From positions 4,712,001-4,776,000 of the forward strand of contig CATNEN010000005.1 of NCBI GenBank assembly GCA_950097015.1: DNA of 64,000 nt, given 5' to 3'. The DNA is from Macrostomum hystrix. Taxonomy: Eukaryota > Animalia > Platyhelminthes. Positions 1-13,410 of this stretch are shown here, piece by piece (position 1 is the stretch's first letter; the number at the start of each line of letters is the position of its first letter). Position numbers and translations under genes: made by a program. The notes under the pieces were generated by a model. That model was not told the origin of the DNA. It saw nothing but the letters and a program-made list of their open reading frames with translations, and did not search any database.

Positions 1-285
1 CCTGTCGGTCTACGTGCACCAGTGAAATCTCACATTAAATTCCAGACCTCGAGATTAAAAATTACGATTTTTGTCTGTGGTCTATTTACCTGAGAACTTG
101 CTTAGAACTTGAAAACTGCTAATGATGCTGCTGATGCACTCAGCTGCTTCTGATACTGTCTCCGGTGTCTGCTGTTTATGGGCAAAGTTGCCTAGGAATT
201 TTAGTTTTTTAAGCTGCATGGGGCTGCTCAAAATTGCAAATGCTTGACTGAGAGACCTGACTGAAAAGTGCTTTCAAGTGAGACT

Positions 286-1122
286 ATGGAACGACCGAAA
301 GATCATTCAGAAATTGGATCGAAGGAAGGACAACGGCATTTTATCGCTGGTCTGGTTCAACTTGGAAAGAAGCCATGCGATATCGCTCGGGACCTGAACC
401 AGGCATTTGGAGATCAGGCACTATCGCAAGCGCGGGTTTATGCTCACTGCAAGGCGTTCCGCGAGGGTGCTACAGGATGTGGTGACGCGCCGAGGTCAGG
501 TCGCCCCCGCACGTCAACGGATGACAATAGCAAACAGATTGTCCGTGATTACCTCTGCGCCAATCCTTCTGCCACATTGCGTGAAGTTGAGGAGGTCTGT
601 AGCATCTCCATTGCTTCTGTGAGCCGCATCCTCAAGGAAATAAACTGGTCGAGAGTCTGTGCCAAGTGGGTGCCGCGTGAGTTGACCCTGGACCACAAAA
701 GAAAGCGAATTCAATGTGCAACGGAGAACTTGCAGTTGTGGCAGCAACTTGGTGATCAGGAGTTTAAACGACTTCTCATCAGTATTGATGAGACACCACT
801 GCCAATGTTTAATCCACTGACTAAGCAGCAGTCCATGCAGTGGGGGCCCAGGGGCCGTCAGCCGCACACAAAGCCAATGAAGTCGGCATGGACACGCAAC
901 ATCATGTGCACCGTGTGGTTTGACGCCTGTGGGGTTCTGATGGTCGACTACCTGCCAGACAAGGCCACCATCAATGCTGCATACGTGCAAGATCAAGTTG
1001 CTCGTCTGCGTGAAGTCATCCTCCAGAAGCGACGCATCATGCGCGCCAGGTCCTTCATCTTGTGGGACAACGCTCGCCCTCACGTCGCCGCGGCCACCAA
1101 AGTTAAAAAGTTTATCCATTAA
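286..1122 (+). mobile_element. Mariner (Tc1/mariner, D,D34D-type) transposase, C-terminally truncated by internal deletion
   Basis: ORF from ATG 286 has an N-terminal HTH (RSGRP motif), the mariner linker WVPRELT, first catalytic Asp (SIDET) and second Asp (WDNARPH). It then runs abruptly into AT-rich 3' end sequence with no YSPDLAP/third Asp. Confidence 0.9.
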
Positions 1123-1143
1123 AAAGTTATGACTAAATTCTCG

Positions 1144-1166
1144 TTACTTTTGAAACACCCCTCGTA
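1144..1166 (+). mobile_element. Right terminal inverted repeat of the mariner element plus TA target-site dinucleotide
   Basis: TTACTTTTGAAACACCCCTCG|TA; the reverse complement TA|CGAGGGGTGTTTCAAAAGTAA has the form of a mariner TIR. The left TIR is not visible in the window. Confidence 0.7.
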
Positions 1167-1227
1167 CTTTGTCTGCAATCATAATCTTGGCTCGTCTGAA
1201 AATTGTCATGATTTCTTCGGGTAAAAA

Positions 1228-1570
1228 CTTCAGGTCTTCAGTGTCACTACTTCAGGTATTCAGTGTCACTACTTCAGGTCTTCAGTGTCACTACTTCAGG
1301 TCTTCAGTGTCACTACTTCAGGTCTTCAGTGTCACTACTTCAGGTCTTCAGTGTCACTACTTCAGGTATTCAGTGTCACTACTTCAGGTCTTCAGTGTCA
1401 CTACTTAGGTCTTCAGTGTCACTACTTCAGGTCTTCAGTGTCACTACTTCAGGTCTTCAGTGTCACTACTTCAGGTCTTCAGTGTCACTACTTCAGGTCT
1501 TCAGCGTCACTACTTCAGGTATTCAGTGTCAAAACTTCAGGTCTTTAATGTCGAAACTTCAGGTATTCTG
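1228..1570. repeat. Minisatellite, 22-bp unit CTTCAGGTCTTCAGTGTCACTA
   Basis: About 15 direct tandem copies, degenerate at the 3' edge. Confidence 0.95.
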
Positions 1571-1972
1571 TGTCACCTGAAGCTATCGTGACAGCACCAG
1601 TCCTTCAATGCTTCATCAATAATCTTAGATTTCATAAGCAATTTATCGATGCATTTATCTAGTATATAGTAAATAACTATAACCAAATCTGATATAGAAA
1701 CTTTTTCTCATCTCTCTGCCTATACTGATCTAGACCTTGTATTTTGAGCCGGCCATAATGCGACACCATTACCTTTATTCTATCCGACCTCTTTGACTTT
1801 GTCCACAGAATCCTTTGCCTAATTTAGTGCCCTAAAATCTTTAGATAGTTCTGCCTCGTCTCAAAGACTCAAGCTTAAAAATGTGCTCATTTTTGTCCCT
1901 TGATGAGACGCGATGTCACGCACAGTGTGAACTTTTAGAAGGCATTCTTTTTACTGCTTAAAAACTGATCCG

Positions 1973-2381
1973 TCAGGAACTCTCTTCTCACAGATGCTTC
2001 AGGAACTCTCTTCTCACAGATGCTTCAGGAACTCTCTTCTCACAGATGCTTCAGGAACTCTCTTCTCACAGATGCTTCAGGAACTCTCTTCTCACAGATG
2101 CTTCAGGAACTCTCTTCTCACAGATGCTTCAGGAACTCTCTTCTCACAGATCCTTCAGGAACTCTCTTCTCACAGATCCTTCAGGAACTCTCTTCTCACA
2201 GATGCTTCAGGAACTCTCTTCTCACAGATGCTTCAGGTACTCTCTTCTCACAGATGCTTCAGGAACTCTCTTCTCACAGATGCTTCAGGAACTCTCTTCT
2301 CACAGATGCTTCAGGAACTCTCTTCTCACAGATGCTTCAGGAACTCTCTTCTCACAGCTCCTTCAGGAACTCTCTTCTCAC
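1973..2381. repeat. Minisatellite, 26-bp unit TCAGGAACTCTCTTCTCACAGATGCT
   Basis: About 15-16 near-identical tandem copies. Confidence 0.95.
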
Positions 2382-3004
2382 TGGAACTAAATGGGGCATT
2401 GGTTGCCTACTTTAGTTAACCATGTACCAACTTGTTAAACATCAAAATCCAAGTGATTTGTTGTCATTCCAAAGTTAGCAAATCTTTTCAATTTGATGAT
2501 GCCCTCAATAGGCTTAGAATCTGTGTTAGCAATGTTTGTCAGCTCTTAAAAGCAAATTCTTTTTTTTCTCCCAAATCCTCTTTGATTTTTTTTTCCCCTA
2601 AAGGGAGAGTCAAGTGCTAGTTTAATCTGAACCCTATTTGATGTCCTACAGGTCAAATTTTTCAATTTTAGGACAAACTTTTGTTTATGCTAGTTCCCAC
2701 TGTAGATAGTTGAATTTTAGACTACGCAAATAACTTTCAATATTTAACGTTTAGCTCGCTAAATTTGATGCAAATTTGTTCCGAAAGCGGATGACACTAA
2801 TCTAGAACCTAATCCTTGGCTATGACTTTGAAGTACGTAATCAAGTACTGATATATGTGAGAGCATTGTTAATGAGGCTAAGTTTCATCTGAAGGCAACG
2901 ACATCTTTTATAATTAATGGACGACTATAACACTGGTGTACTTTGGTCATACTGTTCACTGTTAAGAAATTAGGTTCTTTTTAATTCTATTCCTACAAAC
3001 CTGT

Positions 3005-4760
3005 TGCCTCCCTACATTCGTGTCTCCCTGCGTTCGTGTCTCCCTACATTCGTGTCTCCCTACATTCATGTCTCCCTACATCCGTGTCTCCCTACATCCG
3101 TGTCTCCCTACATTCGTGTCTCCCTACACTCATGCCTCCCTACATTCGTGTCTCCCTACATCTATGTCTCCCTACATTCATGTCTCCCTTCATCTATGGC
3201 TCCCTACATTCATGTCTCCCTTCATCTATGTCTCCCTACATTCGTGTCTCCCTTCATCTATGTCTCCCTACATCCGTGTCTCCCTTCATCTATGTCTCCC
3301 TACATTCATGTCTCCCTTCATCTATGGCTCCCTACATTCATGTCTCCCTTCATCTATGTCTCCCTACATTCGTGTCTCCCTTCATCTATGTCTCCCTACA
3401 TCCGTGTCTCCCTTCATCTATGTCTCCCTACATTCATGTCTCCCTTCATCTATGTCTCCCTACATTCATGTCTCCCTACATTCATGTCTCCCTTCATCTA
3501 TGGCTCCCTACATTCATGTCTCCCTTCATCTATGGCTCCCTATATTCATGTCTCCCTTCATCTATGGCTCCCTAAATTCGTGTCTCCCTTCATCTATGTC
3601 TCCCTACATTCATGTCTCCCTTCATCTATGGCTCCCTACATTCATGTCTCCCTTCATCTATGGCTCCCTATATTCATGTCTCCCTTCATCTATGGCTCCC
3701 TAAATTCGTGTCTCCCTTCATCTATGTCTCCCTACATTCATGTCTCCCTTCATCTATGTCTCCCTACATTCATGTCTCCCTTCATCTATGGCTCCCTTCA
3801 TCTATGTCTCCCTACATTCATGTCTCCCTACATCCGTGTCTCCCTTCTTCTATGTCTCCCTATATTCATGTCTCCCTTCATCTATGGCTCCCTACATTCG
3901 TGTCTCCCTTCATCTATTTCTCCTTCATCTATATGTCTCCCTACATTCATCTCTCCCTACATTCGTGTCTCCCTTCATCTATGTCTCCCTACATCCGTGT
4001 CTCCCTTCATCTATGTCTCCCTACATTCATGTCTCCCTTCATTCATGTCTCCCTTCATTCGTATCTCCCTTCATCTATGTCTCCCTACATTCATGTCTCC
4101 CTTCATCTATGTCTCCCTACATTCGTGTCTCCCTTCATCTATGTCTCCCTACATCCGTGTCTCCCTTCATCTATGTCTCCCTACATTCATGTCTCCCTTC
4201 ATCTATGGCTCCCTACATTCATGTCTCCCTACATTCATGTCTCCCTTCATCTATGGCTCCCTACATTCATGTCTCCCTTCATCTATGGCTCCCTATATTC
4301 ATGTCTCCCTTCATCTATGGCTCCCTAAATTCGTGTCTCCCTTCATCTATGTCTCCCTACATTCATGTCTCCCTTCATCTATGTCTCCCTACATTCATGT
4401 CTCCCTTCATCTATGGCTCCCTTCATCTATGTCTCCCTACATTCATGTCTCCCTACATCCGTGTCTCCCTTCTTCTATGTCTCCCTATATTCATGTCTCC
4501 CTTCATCTATGGCTCCCTAAATTCGTGTCTCCCTTCATCTATTTCTCCTTCATCTATATGTCTCCCTACATTCATCTCTCCCTACATTCGTGTCTCCCTT
4601 CATCTATGTCTCCCTACATCCGTGTCTCCCTTCATCTATGTCTCCCTACATTCATGTCTCCCTTCATTCATGTCTCCCTTCATTCGTATCTCCCTTCATC
4701 TATGTCTCCCTACATTCATGTCTCCCTTCATTCGTATCTCCCTGCGTTCCTGTCTTCACC
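3005..4760. repeat. Minisatellite, 16-bp unit with variants TGTCTCCCTACATTCA / TGTCTCCCTTCATCTA
   Basis: More than 100 copies of interspersed variants; includes a ~625-bp higher-order duplication. Confidence 0.95.
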
Positions 4761-5574
4761 CTACATTCCTATTCCATTCTCCGTAAATTTTTTCATACTC
4801 TTTTTATACTTTTTTCATACTCTTCATTCAATCTCTAATATATCATATATCCTCATACATACTCTTAAAATTTCTCATATAATCTACGTACATTCTCATA
4901 CATTCTCTGTACATTCCTTATTCATTCTCTGTACATTCCTTATTCATTCTCTGTACATTCCTCATCCATTCTCCGTACATCCCTCATACATTCTCCATAT
5001 AATATTTGACATTTTTCTTTTATTCTGTTCGACCAAAAGCAGAGCTACTCATCAATCACAGACACGTTGACTTTTGACAACAAGACAATTCTAACCAACC
5101 TATAAACTGGTGCAAAACCATACGAATGACAGTTATCAGGGGCCATGTCAAACTATTGGCCATTCGGTCATTCGTCATACCATATTGTCTGTCATCTACC
5201 ATAGGGATTTTTAGCTTTTTAGCTGGCGATTTCAACAAAGCCTGTTGGCGGAGGTTAGGCTGCACAATACACAGTTGAATCCACTCGTACTAAAACTTGC
5301 ACAACTATGCCTGAAAACCTCTTCCGCCAAGCCAACAATCTGTTCGATTTCAAACAAAGTCAAAGAAACCAACTATAGAAAAGGAAGCATAGATTGGACC
5401 AAAACTAAAATCTGTTTTAGTCCGCCGCCTGACAGATTATGCTGCTGGAGGTTGACATTTTGAACGGGAGCCCGTGCTGCCACCGGAACTATGTTTACAA
5501 ATAGTTCCATGGCATACAGGTATATCTACTCGAACTAGAGGATTTTGTATGGATCTGTTTGACCTGTCACTCTC

Positions 5575-6560
5575 CTTCTCCCCTTCTCTCTTATCTCATC
5601 TTCTCTCTTATCTCCATTCTCTCTTATCTCATCTTCTCTCTTATCTCCCCTTCTCTCTTATCTCCCCTTCTCTCTTATCTCCCCTTCTCTCTTATCTCCC
5701 CTTCTCTCTTATCTCCCCTTCTCTCTTATCTCATCTTCTCTCTAATCTCATCTTCTCTCTTATCTCCATTCTCTCTTATCTCCCCTTCTCTCTTATCTCC
5801 CCTTCTCTCTTATCTCCCATTCTCTCTTATCTCCCCTTCTCTCTTATCTCCCATTCTCTCTTATCTCCCCTTCTCTCTTATCTCCCCTTCTCTCTTATCT
5901 CCCATTCTCTCTTATCTCCCCTTCTCTCTTATCTCCCCTTCTCTCTTATCTCCCCTTCTCTCTTATCTCCCCTTCTCTCTTATCTCCCCTTCTCTCTTAT
6001 CTCCCCTTCTCTCTTATCTCCCCTTTTCTCTTATCTCCCCTTCTCTCTTATCTCCCCTTTTCTCTTATCTCATCTCCTCTCTTATCTCCCCTTCTCTCTT
6101 ATCTCCCCTTTTCTCTTATCTCATCTTCTCTCTTATCTCATCTTCTCTCTTATCTCCCTTCTCTCTTATCTCATCTTCTCTCTTATCTCCCCTTTTCTCT
6201 TATCTCATCTTCTCTCTAATCTCATCTTCTCTCTTATCTCCATTCTCTCTTATCTCCCCTTCTCTCTTATCTCATCTTCTCTCTTATCTCATCTTCTCTC
6301 TTATCTCATCTTCTCTCTTATCTCCATTCTCTCTTATCTCCCCTTCTCTCTTATCTCATCTTCTCTCTTATCTCATCTTCTCTCTTATCTCATCTTCTCT
6401 CTTATCTCCATTCTCTCTTATCTCCCCTTCTCTCTTATCTCATCTTCTCTCTTATCTCATCTTCTCTCTTATCTCCTCTTATCTCTCCTTCTCTCTTATC
6501 TCCCCTTCTCTCTTATCTCCCATTCTCTCTTATCTCCCCTTCTCTCTTACCTCTTATCTT
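5575..6560. repeat. Minisatellite, 17-bp pyrimidine-rich unit TTCTCTCTTATCTCCCC
   Basis: Direct tandem copies with CCCC/CCAT/CATC end variants. Confidence 0.95.
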
Positions 6561-6979
6561 ATAAAATGATTTCTGAACAATAAGGCCTGATATAAAACCA
6601 TCAGGGACGCATGATCAAGTTGAAATTCACCAGATAAGCTGCAAAAATATTCACAGTAGTCCGTCCTTATCTAAAAGTACACGAATTGCTATCAAAATGA
6701 GTATACTTTTGATGAAGTTGAAAAAACTGTCAAACTTTGATTAAATGTCACTGGAAACTGTACCCCGATCACAATGCTCGATATCGTTTTCAGAGCAGCA
6801 CTTTTAGTGGGGTCTAAAACTGCTTGATTTTTTTAGAGCAATAAACCTACCGACTTACAAATCGAGATTTATAATCTACTAATCAGGGTTTAAAGGAAAC
6901 TAATTATGGTGTATAGTAAACTATACAGGGTTTGTAGTTAACTAAGTAGGGTTTATAGTAAACTATACCACTAGGCTAG

Positions 6980-7295
6980 AGGTTGTAGCCTAGTGGTTAG
7001 GGCGTCGGACACACGACTTAAAGGTCGCGGGTTCGATTCCTGACTCCACAGGAATAATTTGTGTCCTTTAACAAGACACTCAACTCTGCATTACTTCAGT
7101 TCACCCAGCTGTTAAATGGGTACTGCAGCATCAGGTGGGATAATTGAGGGTGGGTGTGGCGTCCCCCCAGTCCATGGACTGAACAGCCGTACGCAGCCTT
7201 CAGATGCGCCGCGCAATAGCCGCGGCTATGCTGTCGGCTGCACATCTGGCCCAATTGGGACAGGTGTAATAGATTATTATTATTAATTAATTATT
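6980..7295 (+). mobile_element. tRNA-derived SINE (Pol III A and B boxes, central body, (ATT)n tail)
   Basis: A box TAGCCTAGTGG at 6986-6996 and B box GGTTCGATTCC at 7030-7040. Body TGTGTCCTTTAACAAGACACT...TTCACCCAGCTGTTAAATGGGTAC, then an ATT-repeat tail at ~7270-7290. A second diverged copy lies at 54093-54306. Confidence 0.8.
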
Positions 7296-7310
7296 AACTA
7301 CTAAACTAAC

Positions 7311-8494
7311 AAGGGTTTATAGTAAACCAACTAGGGTTTATAGTAAGCCAACTAGGGTTTATAGTAAGCCAACTAGGGTTTATAGTTAACCAACTAGGGT
7401 TTATAGTTAACCAACTAGTGTTTATAGTTAACCAACTAGGGTTTATAGTTAACCAACTACGGTTTATAGTTAACCAACTAGGGTTTATAGTTAACCAACT
7501 AGGGTTTATAGTAAACCAACTAGGGTTTATAGTAAACCAACTAGGGTTTATAGTAAACCAACTAGGGTTTATAGTAAACCAACTAGGGTTTATAGTTAAC
7601 CAACTAGGGTTTATAGTAAACCAACTAGGGTTTAAAGTAAACCAACTAGGGTTTAAAGTAAACCAACTAGGGTTTATAGTTAACAAACTAGGGTTTAAAG
7701 TAAACCAACTAGGGTTTATAGTAAACCAACTAGGGTTTATAGTAAACCAACTAGGGTTTATAGTAAACCAACTAGGGTTTATAGTAAACCAACTAGGGTT
7801 TATAGTTAACCAACTAGGGTTTATAGTAAACCAACTAGGGTTTATAGTTAACCAACTAGGGTTTATAGTTAACCTACTAGGGTTTATAGTTAACCAACTA
7901 GGGTTTATAGTAAACCAACTAGGGTTTATAGTTAACCAACTAGGGTTTATAGTTAACCTACTAGGGTTTATAGTTAACCAACTAGGGTTTATAGTAAGCC
8001 AACTAGGGTTTATAGTTAACCAACTAGGGTTTATAGTTAACCAACTAGGGTTTATAGTAAGCCAACTAGGGTTTATAGTAAGCCAACTAGGGTTTATAGT
8101 AAGCCAACTAGGGTTTATAGTAAGCCAACTAGGGTTTATAGTAAGCCAACTAGGGTTTATAGTAAGCCAACTAGGGTTTATAGTTAACCAACTAGGGTTT
8201 ATAGTTAACCAACTAGGGTTTATAGTTAACCAACTAGTGTTTATAGTTAACCAACTAGGGTTTATAGTTAACCAACTACGGTTTATAGTTAACCAACTAG
8301 GGTTTATAGTTAACCAACTAGGGTTTATAGTTAACCAACTAGGGTTTATAGTTAACCAACTAGTGTTTATAGTTAACCAACTAGGGTTTATAGTAAACCA
8401 ACTAGGGTTTATAGTTAACCAACTAGGGTTTATAGTTAACCAACTAGGGTTTATAGTTAACCAACTAGGGTTTATAGTTAACCAACTAGGGTTT
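7311..8494. repeat. Minisatellite, 21-bp unit CCAACTAGGGTTTATAGTTAA
   Basis: About 56 tandem copies; degenerate units are also present just upstream of the SINE (~6905-6975). Confidence 0.95.
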
Positions 8495-9228
8495 GCATGG
8501 TACACAAACATATTCAACTACTAAGTACAATTAGGAGTCTCCTATAGTAACAAAAGTCAAGCAAAGCGCCCCCTGGCGCAAGCAAATACAGGTTTGAATT
8601 TCTGTCTTATTCGATACTGGAAATGATCCCTTAGGGTGGGCTAAGTGGAGGCCAGAGCCGGGACAGCTGCTGATAGTACAGTTGTGGTCCGTTCACAGCA
8701 CCGCCTAAATGGCAAACAGGTGCAAAATCTGGGCAACATTTTCCCCCAGCTACGGTTGGGAAAAAAATCCTCTATTTCTAGGTATTTCTGTGAAAGAATG
8801 AACCGCTGACGGAAAATGCAAGTAAATCAAGAAGCAGATAAAAGACCAGCGGATTGTCTAGTAACTAAAAGTAGCTTTTATAGAAAGATATTTTAGCGAT
8901 ACGAATGTCTTCATATTACTGCCTGCGTTAACACTGCGCTATTATATTTATTTGTCTTTCCTTTTGCTAACAGTTAAACAGCAACTGCGAGAATTTGCGT
9001 TTTCTTACCTCAACTAAAATATCCCACCTAGTTCCCGCCCCAATGATTCCCGGAAATCACCCTTCAAGAAGATATTTTTAACCAATCGAATGATTTGCAG
9101 CGTGTGATGGAACTGATGCATTTCCTGACTGATATTATTTAGGGATTGACAGAAACACTATAAGGGTGCGCTAAACACCTGTGCGAATGGATGGATTATA
9201 GTTTAATGGCACTGACGAGTAACTCGAT

Positions 9229-10862
9229 AACAGGTGATTCTCTCGTGTCTAACAGGTGATTCTCTCGTGTCTTACGGTTGATTCTATGGTGTCTAACAGG
9301 TGATTCTCTGGAGTCTAACAGGTGATTCTACGGTTTCAAAAAGGCGATTCTCTGGTGTCTAACAGGTGATTCTATGGTGTCTAACAGGTGATTCTATGGT
9401 GTTTAACAGGTGATTCTCTGGAGTCTAACAGGTGATTCTATGGTGTCTAACAGGTGATTGTACTGTGTCTAACAGGTGATTCTCTCGTGTCTAACAGGTG
9501 ATTCTACGGTTTCAAAAAGGCGATTCTCTGGTGTCTAACAGGTGATTCTATGGTGTCTAACAGGTGATTCTATGGTGTTTAACAGGTGATTCTCTGGAGT
9601 CTAACAGGTGATTCTATGGTGTCTAACAGGTGATTGTACTGTGTCTAACAGGTGATTCTCTGGTGTCTAACAGGTGATTCTCTAATGTCTAACAGGTGAT
9701 TCTCTGGTGTCTTACGGGTGATTCTATGGTGTCTAACAGGTGATTCTCTAATGTCTAACAGGTGATTCTCTCGTGTCTTGCGGTTGATTCTATGGTGTCT
9801 AACAGGTGATTCTATGGTGTCTAACAGGTGATTCTCTAATGTCTAACAGGTGATTTTCTCGTGTCTTACGGGTGATTCTATGGTGTCTAACAGGTGATTC
9901 TCTGGTGTCTAGCAGGTGATTCTCTGGTGTCTAACAGGTGATTCTCTAATGTCTAACAGGTGATTCTCTCGTGTCTTACGGTTGATTCTATGGTGTCTAA
10001 CAGGTGATTCTCTGGTGTCTAGCAGGTGATTCTCTGGTGTCTAACAGGTGATTCTCTAATGTCTAACAGGTGATTCTCTCGTGTCTTACGGTTGATTCTA
10101 TGGTGTCTAACAGGTGATTCTCTGGAGTCTAACAGGTGATTCTATGGTGTCTAACCGGTGATTGTATTGTGTCTAACAGGTGATTCTCTCGTGTCTAACA
10201 GGTGATTCTACGGTTTCAAAAAGGTGATTCTCTGGTGTCTTACGGGTGATTCTATGGTGTCTAACAGGTGATTCTATGGTGTTTAACAGGTGATTCTCTG
10301 GAGTCTAACAGGTGATTCTATGGTGTCTAACAGGTGATTCTATGTTGTCTAACTGGTGTTTGTATTGTGTCTAACAGGTGATTCTCTGGTGTCTAAAAGG
10401 TGATTCTCTGGTATCTAACAGGTGATTCTATGGTGTCTAACAGGTGATTCTCTGGTGTCTAAAAGGTGATTCTCTGGTGTCTAACAGGTGATTCTATGGT
10501 GTCTAACAGGTGATTCTCTGGTGTCTAAAAGGTGATTCTCTGGTGTCTTACGGGTGATTCTATGGTGTCTAACAGGTGATTCTCTAATGTCTAACAGGTG
10601 ATTCTCTCGTGTCTTACGGTTGATTCTATGGTGTCTAACAGGTGATTCTATGGTGTCTAACAGGTGATTCTACGTTTCAAACAGGCGATTCTCTGGTGTC
10701 TTACGGGTGATTCTATGGTGTCTAACAGGTGATTCTCTAATCTCTAACAGGTGATTTTCTCGTGTCTTACGGGTGATTCTATGGTGTCTAACAGGTGATT
10801 CTCTGGTGTCTAGCAGGTGATTCTCTGGTGTCTAAAAAGTGATTATTTGGTGTCTAACAGGT
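9229..10862. repeat. Minisatellite, 22-bp unit TGTCTAACAGGTGATTCTCTGG
   Basis: About 74 tandem copies with recurrent variants. Confidence 0.95.
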
Positions 10863-11587
10863 GTTTCGCAAATATCTAAGAATTAATTTCATAGAGTCTA
10901 AAACTTGGCTCTTGTGCTCAACACAAAGGCCCAAATGATAATTTAAAAGTGATTGAGAAAATAACAAATCCTTCAGAGTGGGTTGGATAGTAGACATCCT
11001 TTATTCAGATTCTGTTCAATTGTTAAGATATTATTGTTAAATAAATAGTGAACACAATGCGCACAGACAAGTGGCCAATAATTATTATAGCTTGGAGTTT
11101 GATTGACAGATAGGTAACTGTATCATATGCTCTCATTTCCTCCTAGATTTCGAAGGCAGAAAATATTTTTCATCTCAGAACTGAGTATCTGGCTGCAGTT
11201 TAATGGCCCAAAATATTGATCGATTTGGTCAATAACCTTATCGCCAGTCACGTGACTGACGCTGGAATATTTGTACCCCAGTTTATCTAGCTCGAGTATT
11301 TAAATGTGTGTTGAGGATAAAGTAACCCAACCATTAGACAGAATCGACCAAGCAGTCATACCACTAGTTTAGGCTGCAGCTCTTAGTCTATAGCTATTTT
11401 TCTGCTTAAACATTTTCTATTCATCTTCTTCATCCATCATCATCTCACACGTTTGGAACATGTGGTAATTATCTATTCACTTTTTTAACACTTTTGTCGG
11501 TACGCTGCTCATGTTCCACTTCCCCATCTGCCCTTACATCTGCATCGATGTTCTCTATTCTTGATCCGACTCTATCGGCTCTCTCTT

Positions 11588-12287
11588 CTATCTACCCTCT
11601 GTAACTCTTCTATCTACCTTCTCTACCTCTTCTATCTACCATCTCTAGCTCTTCTATCTACCATCTCTAGCTCTTCTATCTACCATCTCTAGCTCTTCTA
11701 TCTACCATCTCTAGCTCTTCTATCTACCATCTCTAGCTCTTCTATCTACCATCTCTAGCTCTTCTATCTACCATCTCTAGCTCTTCTATCTACCATCTCT
11801 AGCTCTTCTATCTACCATCTCTAGCTCTTCTATCTACCATCTCTAGCTCTTCTATCTACCATCTCTACCTCTTCTATCTACCATCTCTAGCTCTTCTTTC
11901 TACCATCTCTAGCACTTCTATCTACCATCTCTAGCACTTCTATCTACCATCTCTAGCTCTTCTATCTACCATCTCTAGCTCTTCTATCTACCATCTCTAG
12001 CTCTTCTATCTACCATCTCTACCTCTTCTTTCTACCATCTCTAGCTCTTCTATCTACCATCTCTAGCTCTTCTATCTACCATCTCTAGCTCTTCTATCTA
12101 CCATCTCTACCTCTTCTTTCTACCATCTCTACCTCTTCTATCTACCATCTCTACCTCTTCTATCTACCATGTCTAGCTCTTCTATCTACCATCTCTAGCT
12201 CTTCTATCTACCATCTCTACCTCTTCTGTCTACCATCTCTACCTCTTCTATCTACCATCTCTAGCTCTTCTATCTACCCTCTCTACA
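11588..12287. repeat. Minisatellite, 22-bp unit CTCTAGCTCTTCTATCTACCAT
   Basis: About 31 tandem copies. Confidence 0.95.
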
Positions 12288-12582
12288 CTAGAGCGTGTAA
12301 CATATTGTTTTTTTAACCTCCGTGAATGCATTTAGATAGTCAGCCAATAGATATCAATTTTAAATTAACAAGCAGTGCTTCAATTTGTTATTTTTCAAAT
12401 GTTCAAGCGTATATTATCTAATGCATTAGTTTATTCACATGTGCAATTACAACAGAAAACTTACTAACACATCTAGCTGCTATAGTGATTGAAAAAAGCT
12501 GAATTAACAGAATATTTATTCATTTTAAAAACGTTTATGCATAACACTTCTAATTAATTCCGTGTATTTGATCCTAAAGAGA

Positions 12583-13410
12583 TACAAGATGATCCCATAG
12601 ACATCAGGTGATCCCATTAAGATATCAGTTGATCCCATAGATATATCAGATGATCCCATAGAGATGTCAGATGATCCCATAGAGATATCAGAAGATCCCA
12701 TAGAGATATCAGATGATCCCATAGAGATATCAGATAATCCTATAGAGATGTCAGATGATCCCATAGAGATATCAGATGATCCCATAGAGATATCAGATAA
12801 TCCCATAGAGATGTCAGATGATCCCATAGAGATATCAGATGATCCCATAGAGATATCAGATGATCCCATAGAGATATCAGATAATCCCATAGAGATATCA
12901 GATGATCCCAAAGAGATACAAGATGATCCCATAGAGATATCAGATGATCCCATAGAGATATCAGATGATCCCATAGAGATATCAGAAGATCCCATAGAGA
13001 TATCAGATAATCCCATAGAGATGTCAGATGATCCCATAGAGATATCAGATGATCCCATAGAGATATCAGAAGATCCCATAGAGATATCAGATAATCCCAT
13101 AGAGATATCAGATGATCCCATAGAGATATCAGATGATCCCATAGAGATATCAGATGATCCCATAGAGATATCAGATGATCCCATAGAGATATCAGATGAT
13201 CCCATAGAGATATCAGATGATCCCATAGAGATGTCAGATGATCCCATAGAGATATCAGATGATCCCATAGAGATATTAGATGATCCCATAGAGATATCAG
13301 ATGATCCCATAGAGATATCAGAAGACCCTATAGAGATATCAGATCATCACATTGAGATATCAGTTAATCCTATAGACATATCAGATGATACCATAAAGAT
13401 ATCGGATGAT
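12583..13410. repeat. Minisatellite, 21-bp unit GATCCCATAGAGATATCAGAT
   Basis: About 39 tandem copies just 3' of the GPCR stop codon. Confidence 0.95.

Noticed and set aside
1895-1930. CTTGATGAGAC...GTC resembling a degenerate hammerhead
   Set aside because: Lacks the CUGA core and GAAA; not supportable.
6980-7055. Possible tRNA gene
   Set aside because: A and B boxes are present but I could not form a convincing acceptor stem, and the sequence continues into a body and tail shared with a second dispersed copy, so a SINE head is the better explanation.
7311-8494. Telomere-like TAGGGTT inside the 21-bp unit
   Set aside because: Only one partial hexamer per unit and no (TTAGGG)n run; not an interstitial telomere.
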